This document shows positions 57,682 to 64,000 of a stretch of 64,000 nt of DNA, piece after piece. This DNA is from a virus (taxonomy: Duplodnaviria > Caudoviricetes), in the IMG/VR virus record IMGVR_UViG_2925282926_000001, positions 59,086 to 123,085 of that record; one strand, 5' to 3'. Under the pieces are notes generated by a model. It ran no database searches and was not told the DNA's origin. It worked only from the letters and a program-made list of their open reading frames with translations. The first letter of the stretch is position 1; every line of letters begins with the position of its first letter. Both the position numbers and the translations under genes were made by a program.

Positions 57682-58113
57682 TTATCGGTTAGCATCCAAC
57701 GCCTCCTTCGCGATACGTGCCATTTGAGAGCGTGGCATCATCGCATGTCTACGGTCGTCAAACCGTTCGAGTACAGCGCGTAACCGTTCTGCTTCCGCTT
57801 TCCACTCGTCCTGATACGCAACCGTCAGTGTGAGCGTGTGGTTTTCGTCACGCAACCGCTCAACCTCCGCCTCAGCTTCTTTCAGGCGCGCTTCTGCCGC
57901 GATCGCCCTCCGCAAAGATTCCGGCCATCCTTCGCGTGACTCGCAATAGAACTCAGCGTCGGTCAGCCTGTAGAACTCCGCGATCTCCATACCGTCGTTA
58001 CCGACAATCACGACTTCATCTTCGCGATCCTCTACGTAATAATCCTCGGTTGTTACCGCCGCCTCACATAACGCAAGGTCCGCGTGTATATCTCGTTTAG
58101 TTTCCGTTGTCAT
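57682..58113 (-). CDS. Hypothetical protein (Ead/Ea22-like)
   Basis: DAEF..ESREGWP...EVERL. Confidence 0.55.
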   Translation of the reverse strand: MTTETKRDIHADLALCEAAVTTEDYYVEDREDEVVIVGNDGMEIAEFYRLTDAEFYCESREGWPESLRRAIAAEARLKEAEAEVERLRDENHTLTLTVAYQDEWKAEAERLRAVLERFDDRRHAMMPRSQMARIAKEALDANR

Positions 58114-58551
58114 CTCGTTGACACCTCCGTAGTATAAGTGGACTAGCGTATTTCTTTCAAAGCGCAAATTAGGCGATTATGGAAAATAAGCTGCGACCGT
58201 TCTGCGCGTTTTGGATCGTATTCCGCCTAACTCTCGAGTGGGCTGAGGTCGATCCGCGTTATGTTGCAGTTTTTACTGAAACGCTCCGTATTTCTTCGAA
58301 TTACTCGGGCTTACGTACATTTTCGTTTTCTCTGTGAATTTCGTAAACTTAACGTACCATTGATTGGAAATAGACGCGAACGAGCTAGGAAGCGAGCCAG
58401 TGAGCATTCGAGAGATATTTCTAGGATCGGAGTTGTTTCTTTATAAATATTCGGACTATTTTCGGGTTTTGTTTAAAGTTCCTTTTACTGTATAGTTATA
58501 AATTTTCACCCAGGAACTATTAGGTATTTCCCGGTATTTCCCGCGCCATCA

Positions 58552-58923
58552 TCACGCGTTCACTCCTTCGATTAGCATGCTGACTTCGCCGAGCACAAAC
58601 TCGATTCCATCCGCAAATCCGTCGCAATATGTGTTACGATGGCGGCGGCTGTCTCGATTAATCCATTCACGTTTGATCGCGGCGTGTGTTCGCTCCTCCT
58701 CTGTCATCTCCCGTTCATACCCGTTAATCAATGCGGACAGCAACGTGTCGAATGGAATGGAACGCAGTGGTGCGAGGCCCGTCGCTGTATGGTCCGGGTT
58801 AAGAACGTAATACGCGATACGTTCATTGTCCCAATGACTAAAGCGCGCCTTTTCAATCGCGTCCGCAACCTCTGCGGGAATAGTCGGCCTTTTGGGCGCA
58901 AGCCCTTTATCTACGTTACTCAT
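58552..58923 (-). CDS. Hypothetical protein (DUF1642-like)
   Basis: IPAEVADAIE...ALINGYE. Confidence 0.55.
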   Translation of the reverse strand: MSNVDKGLAPKRPTIPAEVADAIEKARFSHWDNERIAYYVLNPDHTATGLAPLRSIPFDTLLSALINGYEREMTEEERTHAAIKREWINRDSRRHRNTYCDGFADGIEFVLGEVSMLIEGVNA

Positions 58924-59007
58924 TCGCGTCACCCTCTCCGTTTTGTTTGCGATAATATTCGATGATATCGTCGATTGTTTCGAATGTTGGTGCGTTGTTC
59001 ATTTGCG

Positions 59008-59370
59008 TTAATCCTCCGTTGATAGTTTTGCGATGATGGCCGCGAGTCCGATCGCTTCTGGCGCGCTGTATTCTCCGGCAACCGTTACAATGTAGGTTCC
59101 GTATTGATCGAATAGAGAACATTCGTGACCGTAGTCGTTATTAAAACGGTCTATCCGCGATGAGGGAAATAGGCCGATAACTTTCCACGCGGCATTCATA
59201 TCCGATGTGTACGCTGAATACTGTCTCACGCCGGTCACACCGTACTCATACGCATCATTTGCGCGTTCGATAGCGATTAGATTCCATCCGAAGAATAGCT
59301 CCGCAATCCACGCGTCCCTCTCACGCGCTGACATTACGCCCCACTTTGCGATGATTTCTTCTCGTTTCAT
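59008..59370 (-). CDS. Conserved phage hypothetical protein
   Basis: RERD..IAE..FGW, YTSDMNAAW.V, APEAI.LAA. Confidence 0.65.
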   Translation of the reverse strand: MKREEIIAKWGVMSARERDAWIAELFFGWNLIAIERANDAYEYGVTGVRQYSAYTSDMNAAWKVIGLFPSSRIDRFNNDYGHECSLFDQYGTYIVTVAGEYSAPEAIGLAAIIAKLSTED

Positions 59371-59438
59371 TTTACCGTCCCCTTTACGTGATTTTAGCGT
59401 CTTTCATCCGTACCCTACCGAATACCCTCCGCTTACTT

Positions 59439-59789
59439 CTACGCGCCCAATCTAACGCTAAACTCAGGTGATAAGGCCGCGTTAACAGCCGCGATAATCT
59501 CCGCCGTCGTTTCCCGAAATGCTGCGCCTAGTTCCGCCAGGTTCGCGACATCCCTTTCCGTTGCCTCACGCATCCTTACGTGTTCAATGAACGCGGTCAG
59601 GCCGGCGGTCGTCAGCGGATAATATGCGATCTCATCCCACCGTTCTTTTAGCGCAGGTGGTTCAGCGCCTTCAACCGCTTTGTAGCCGGGCGCCTTCGTA
59701 GGGTCGACGATCTTGCGCTGCAGCACGATGAAGTTGCGGTCGTCCGTTTTAAGTGCGTAATTTTGCGTGATTTTAACGTTGTTTAACAT
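59439..59789 (-). CDS. Hypothetical protein
   Basis: GGAGG SD; VDPTKAPG. Confidence 0.6.
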   Translation of the reverse strand: MLNNVKITQNYALKTDDRNFIVLQRKIVDPTKAPGYKAVEGAEPPALKERWDEIAYYPLTTAGLTAFIEHVRMREATERDVANLAELGAAFRETTAEIIAAVNAALSPEFSVRLGA

Positions 59790-59923
59790 GCGGAAACACC
59801 TCCGGTATATTTGTGACTAGCGACGCGTAATCGACGTAAATCCACGTGATTATTGCGACAATAGCAAGGGCGTAGACGATGAGGATTGCGACGAGTAATC
59901 GGTTAGGGCGTATCATAGGCGGC

Positions 59924-60217
59924 TCACAACCTCCCGTCCCACGCTTGGAATGCGTCGATGGCGGCGGACTCCTCTTCCGCAACTTTGCGTCTCCTATCGC
60001 GCTCTTTGAATACCGCGCGCACGATATCTTCGTAGCTTCTGTACATATAGCGTGTTACTTTCACGGCGAATATCGACCAGGGCCACGTAATACCTCGCCA
60101 AGTAGCGTATATGAGTACCGCCGCATCTCCGCGCTCCTCTACGATCATAACGCGATACTCCGTGCCGTCTTCGGCAATGACGGGAAATTTCGTGAGCTTG
60201 CGGTTTGGGTTAGACAT
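59924..60217 (-). CDS. Hypothetical protein
   Basis: GGAGG SD; ends AWDG. Confidence 0.6.
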   Translation of the reverse strand: MSNPNRKLTKFPVIAEDGTEYRVMIVEERGDAAVLIYATWRGITWPWSIFAVKVTRYMYRSYEDIVRAVFKERDRRRKVAEEESAAIDAFQAWDGRL

Positions 60218-60237
60218 GCGTGATTCCTCCGTTTCTT

Positions 60238-60813
60238 TTAATTCGCTGGATTAAGAACTAACCGTGGTAGCTTACGTGGAGTACTTAGGGCGCGAACTTC
60301 CTGATTGATCACGCGCAACATCTCCGGACCCATTCCGTCTTTAAGTACCGTGTTGATTTTCGTAGCACGGTGAGGATTGTAATACGCGAGTATTGTTTTA
60401 CGGGAGGCCACGTATCCTGTTTTAGCACGTAACTTAGCGTAGAATATCGTATAGTAGCCTCCGAGGGTATCCTCATTAACAACTCGTTTAGTTAATTGTG
60501 CAAACTCGATGATAGCCGCATTTATTGAGTAGCGGAGATCCTCCAACATGCGCTGCTCCGCGGTTAGATTCTCGTAAACGTAATCAACTACAGAACTCTT
60601 TTTAGAGACCTTAGGTAATTTCGCGGATTTCGCGGCCATGAATTTCTCCGCGTCTGAGAGTGTTGGCTTTGCGTCAGGTAGCGCCGTAGGCTCCGGAACT
60701 TGCGGTAACATTAACGCACCGCTCAACAACGTGAGAATCACACGTTTGCTTTCGTCTGTGTTCGGGAGGATTACTGCCAGGCTACCGTTTTTCGTCATTT
60801 TTACATTAAACAT
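60238..60813 (-). CDS. Hypothetical protein
   Basis: GAGGAG SD, overlap with upstream gene. Confidence 0.55.
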   Translation of the reverse strand: MFNVKMTKNGSLAVILPNTDESKRVILTLLSGALMLPQVPEPTALPDAKPTLSDAEKFMAAKSAKLPKVSKKSSVVDYVYENLTAEQRMLEDLRYSINAAIIEFAQLTKRVVNEDTLGGYYTIFYAKLRAKTGYVASRKTILAYYNPHRATKINTVLKDGMGPEMLRVINQEVRALSTPRKLPRLVLNPAN

Positions 60814-61615
60814 ATTTAACACGCTCCTCTGGATTAGTTATATCGATTATGATTGCGTCATCCGACGTTAAGGTATTGAGATTGCAGCGGAAACCTACTA
60901 CGAAATCCTCAAGCGCATCGATCGCGCTCCGGTATTCCGCTCTTGACGCGTCGCTTGACGTTGAAAACTCCGTGGAATAATTCGTTAGGTACGCGTATTC
61001 TTTTAGAAAGTCGCGTACTCTATCGGAGAAGGCGAGTGCGGCTCCGTTGACCTCTGTTTGGTTATCTATGCGATAAAGCCCATCGTCGGCATATGTCGTG
61101 CTGGCGGCGTCTAGCGCATCGCGTACAACGTCATAGTCCTCTTCCGCTTTACGTGCGCGGGACTCCGCTTGTTCGCGAGCGGCTTTCTCCGCTTTGAGTG
61201 CAGCTTTAACCTCGCGCAGCTCGCGGACTGTCATTTCGTCGACCGTTTTAGTTGCGCCAGAGCTGAGCGTGTGTAGCTGGCTTCGTTCCTCCGGCGGGAG
61301 TGTCGCAAGAGTATATAACTTATCGAGGCTATTCCCCAAATCGTTCGACGTCGAACGAAATGACGAATCGCGCTCACACTCCTCGTAAACCTCGATATAC
61401 TTACGCGCCATAGGTGGTGATATCCTTGCCTTTTCGCGGCACCACTGCTCCCACTGACCGTGTGCTAAATCAAGGTCCTTTACGTGCTTTAGCCGGCGGC
61501 CTATTTCGAATATTGCCTCGCCAGCTACGCGTTTATATGCGTTGATTTCGGTGGTTAGCATGGGGAGATCGGATGAGAGTGTGGCCGCTTCGTTTACGGA
61601 TTCATTCGTTGTCAT
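60806..61615 (-). CDS. DUF3102-domain protein
   Basis: EINAYK..AGEAIFEIGRRLKHVK..DLAHGQW; KTVDEMTVRELREVK. Confidence 0.8.
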   Translation of the reverse strand: MTTNESVNEAATLSSDLPMLTTEINAYKRVAGEAIFEIGRRLKHVKDLDLAHGQWEQWCREKARISPPMARKYIEVYEECERDSSFRSTSNDLGNSLDKLYTLATLPPEERSQLHTLSSGATKTVDEMTVRELREVKAALKAEKAAREQAESRARKAEEDYDVVRDALDAASTTYADDGLYRIDNQTEVNGAALAFSDRVRDFLKEYAYLTNYSTEFSTSSDASRAEYRSAIDALEDFVVGFRCNLNTLTSDDAIIIDITNPEERVKYV

Positions 61616-61921
61616 TTCGGTGCTCCTTTCTGATCGGCGCGGATTCGTGCGATGACTGAACGAATCGTGCACCCATCCTTATTTCTCGAACCACGATGGG
61701 GAGGCGGATCACCCACCCATATCTTCTTTTTCTCTCACTCTTACCGCGCGGTTAATATGTTCTTACCTAATTCGTCCCGCGCAGTTTAGTTTGCGTTAGC
61801 AAAATCAACTAAGCGGTAATGTTTTATCTAGTTCTTAGTGGTTCTTGTTAAAGGTGGTTATAGTTAGTGTGCGCGCTCTCCATGTTGGGTACGTCCATGT
61901 TGGATTTAGCAGACATGGATA

Positions 61922-62341
61922 CTAACCGCTCCCCAACGCCACCGGCTCCGCATCGAATATCGCGAGCTGACTTATCGGTAGCACCGTATAGCGCGTATTC
62001 TGCCACGTCCCTTTTTCCGTTCTATCCCGTACTGCGCGGATGACCGGTCGCCCGTTCCAGCGATAGTTGACGAGGTTCCTTACGTGGCGATTCGCTGTCG
62101 TCCGGTTAACTCCGAGATGCCTTGCGATTTGCTCCTGCGTTGGGTAACAGTTGCCCGCCGCGTCCATAAACGAGGCGATTACGCATATCGTCGTCCAATT
62201 TTGCGCACCCATGCTCGCAATGAGTCCGGCCTTAGCGGCGTCGACGTACATTTTAACGAAGATGCGCGTTTCGGTTGCGCCGGATGTGACGGAGTATTCC
62301 GTTTGTGATTCTACGCTGATAAGGCGTTGCTGATCGTTCAT
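61922..62341 (-). CDS. Winged-helix replication-initiator-like protein (short)
   Basis: CYPTQEQIARHLGVNRTTANR; NTRY; ATG after AAGGAGG. Confidence 0.7.
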   Translation of the reverse strand: MNDQQRLISVESQTEYSVTSGATETRIFVKMYVDAAKAGLIASMGAQNWTTICVIASFMDAAGNCYPTQEQIARHLGVNRTTANRHVRNLVNYRWNGRPVIRAVRDRTEKGTWQNTRYTVLPISQLAIFDAEPVALGSG

Positions 62342-62369
62342 GCTGCGTCCTCCTTCCGTGATTTTCGAT

Positions 62370-62409
62370 ATACTACCTTGTTGCCGGTCGATTCTGTTTC
62401 GCACACTTT
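62370..62409 (-). promoter_or_regulatory. Phage-specific promoter motif, copy 3
   Basis: GTGTGCGAAA-N7-GACCGGCAACAAGGTAGTAT. Confidence 0.75.
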
Positions 62410-62532
62410 TTAGTAAAACTTTTCCGTATACTTAATATAGGCACACTATTTTGCCGATCTGGGACATCTTACTAATATTTTTCTCTACGTAATATATAAG
62501 GACACCAAATTGTGAAGTTGGGACATTTGGAG

Positions 62533-62571
62533 CAAAAAAAAATAACGCACATCTCCGAAGAGACATGCGTC
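62533..62571 (-). terminator. Terminator after integrase
   Basis: ACGCATGTCTC-TTCG-GAGATGTGCGT followed by T-tract. Confidence 0.8.
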
Positions 62572-62576
62572 AGTGT

Positions 62577-63620
62577 TTATCGTTTTATTTTGCGCGGCTT
62601 TTCTAACTTACCAATAACAGCGTTTAACGGAGAGAACTCGTCGTGATTCTTCTTTACGTTCTTGTCAGATAGGTGCGTATAGTGAGCCGTCATTCGGCCG
62701 TCAGCATGTCCGAGGATTACCTGCAGGTGGCGTTGTGATCCGCCTTCCTCAAGAAACAACGTCGCCCCGGAGTGTCGAAGTAAATGCGGATATACACGCT
62801 TCTCAATCCCGGCTCGGTCCGCATATTTCTTCAATTGATGGCGGAAGTGATTTGGAAGCAAGCGCTCACCGTAGTTGTTTAAAAAGATATACTCGCTGTC
62901 AAACTCCGTAGTCTCGCGTATCAACTCCTGCATCAACTTAGCGGTTCTTTTGGTGATCGGCACAACACGCGGCTTACGAGACTTCGTTATCTCTCTCCGT
63001 AAGGTAGCGTAACAAGCGCTCAGGTCAACGTCTTCCTTACGTAATGTCAACGCCTCATCTACGCGGAGCATTCCGTCAATTAACAGGTTCATAACAACGA
63101 AATCACGGAAGTCGCTATAGTTACGTTGATTAGGCGCTTTAATGAGGCGATTCATTTCCTCCGCGGTCAGTACGTCAATGTCGCGTCCAATATCCTGTAC
63201 GTTCTTGAGATACACGAATGGGTCCGCATCGATTACGTCCTCTTCTTTTAGGAACTTGAACATCGTTTTCATATTCTTAATCCGCGTGTTAATTGACTTC
63301 GGTAGTAAGCCGACCGTTCGGACCGATTCAGGAACGTTACAATTATCGCTGAACTTTACTTTTTCATCACGGAGCCATATTACGTACTCCCGTCCGACCT
63401 CTACATCAATATTCCGTATGTCGCGGATAATGCCCCGTTCGTCCAGGAACTCGCAGAAGTATGTAAAATTCTGAACGTATGTTTTCAGCGTATTTTCTGC
63501 GCGGCCTTCCGACTTCTTCGCCTGATAGTAGTAATCAAACAAGTATTCTAACGAGTATTGAAGACGCTCCGACGTCCTCCCTTTTTTGACCGCGCGGCCC
63601 TTCCGTTTATCTTCGCTCAA
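62577..63620 (-). CDS. Tyrosine integrase
   Basis: GMLRVDE (R), TKSRK (K), HLLRH, LGH...AHY catalytic residues. Confidence 0.95.
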   Translation of the reverse strand: MSEDKRKGRAVKKGRTSERLQYSLEYLFDYYYQAKKSEGRAENTLKTYVQNFTYFCEFLDERGIIRDIRNIDVEVGREYVIWLRDEKVKFSDNCNVPESVRTVGLLPKSINTRIKNMKTMFKFLKEEDVIDADPFVYLKNVQDIGRDIDVLTAEEMNRLIKAPNQRNYSDFRDFVVMNLLIDGMLRVDEALTLRKEDVDLSACYATLRREITKSRKPRVVPITKRTAKLMQELIRETTEFDSEYIFLNNYGERLLPNHFRHQLKKYADRAGIEKRVYPHLLRHSGATLFLEEGGSQRHLQVILGHADGRMTAHYTHLSDKNVKKNHDEFSPLNAVIGKLEKPRKIKR

Positions 63621-63775
63621 ACTAAAAAACCCCTTCCGATATTCTACGGAAAGGAACGATTTTATGTACGCATATCTACGCTAATTCTAAGCGGATATCC
63701 GCTGATGTCACCGTAACAGTCAACGCTACAGTCACCGCACATTCTACGGAGGAAAAGCGGGTTTTTAGCGAGTAA

Positions 63776-63814
63776 GCTGCCAGCGATGCGCTCTCCCAGC
63801 TGAGCTAAGGCCCC
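63776..63814 (-). pseudogene. 5' half (positions 1-39) of tRNA-Ala(GGC), interrupted at the prophage junction
   Basis: GGGGCCT TA GCTC AGCTGGGA GAGC G CATCG CT GGC AG C, then TTACTC instead of GATG; no T-arm follows. Confidence 0.88.
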
Positions 63815-63871
63815 GGGATATGAAATAGATAACTTGTCCAGCGCTGCTAACGTTCCACAGGCGACTCCTAT

Positions 63872-63900
63872 ATCATATAAAATCCAGCTTTCGCTGTCAA
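63872..63900 (-). promoter_or_regulatory. Host SigA promoter of the tRNA gene
   Basis: TTGACA-17-TATGAT. Confidence 0.8.
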
Positions 63901-64000
63901 TCAAATTTTTAAGATCCAGAGTGATTGGAGAAGAACAACCGATTTCACTGGCACACATGGACTGGAACTCCAGACTGCTCTTCTCCCTTTCCCACTTCAC

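Larger units (their letters stand above)
1..63775 (-). mobile_element. Temperate siphovirus-like prophage (left end outside window)
   Basis: Integrase next to a tRNA junction, then co-oriented replication, nucleotide metabolism, packaging, head, tail and lysis modules. Confidence 0.97.

Noticed and set aside
58170-58545. AT-rich non-coding stretch as replication origin
   Set aside because: Plausible, but I could not identify clear iterons or DnaA boxes
179-63474. Many plus-strand ORFs in the track
   Set aside because: Antisense shadows of minus-strand genes, with no SD and no motifs; only the three HTH genes are credible on plus
63662-64000. 112-aa minus-strand ORF
   Set aside because: Runs through the tRNA promoter, the tRNA half and the att junction; spurious

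Overview
Almost the whole window (<1 to ~63775) is one large, apparently intact temperate siphovirus-type prophage of a spore-forming Bacillota host. Paenibacillus-like is an inference from GC content, SigA/SD signals and a 'stalk/copper-amine-oxidase-like' cargo gene. Nearly all genes are on the minus strand. Reading right to left: attachment junction in the anticodon arm of a host tRNA-Ala(GGC), of which only the 5' half is present; tyrosine integrase; early genes; replication (DnaC-like loader, DnaB-like helicase, Toprim primase, SSB-like, family A DNA polymerase, DnaQ-like exonuclease, PD-(D/E)XK nuclease, RuvC-like resolvase); nucleotide metabolism (nrdI/E/F, PhoH, dUTPase, ThyX, dNMP kinase, C5 methyltransferase); two free-standing homing endonucleases; two sigma-like regulators; packaging, head and tail genes; holin; and a truncated amidase. 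The left prophage end lies outside the window. The most unusual signals are regulatory: (1) seven key lytic genes appear to start at ATC/ATT/ATA behind strong SD sequences; (2) a consensus SigA promoter with a LexA box is hidden inside the helicase CDS and points antisense through a peptidase-less repressor; (3) a 40-bp phage-specific promoter motif occurs three times, once in front of the sigma-like gene itself; (4) Spo0A boxes lie upstream of the helicase; (5) the tRNA is left split with its promoter aimed at the integrase; (6) there is a glycosidase cassette inside the head module and a type I toxin-antitoxin-like cassette. All functional calls come from motif recognition by eye; no database searches were run.
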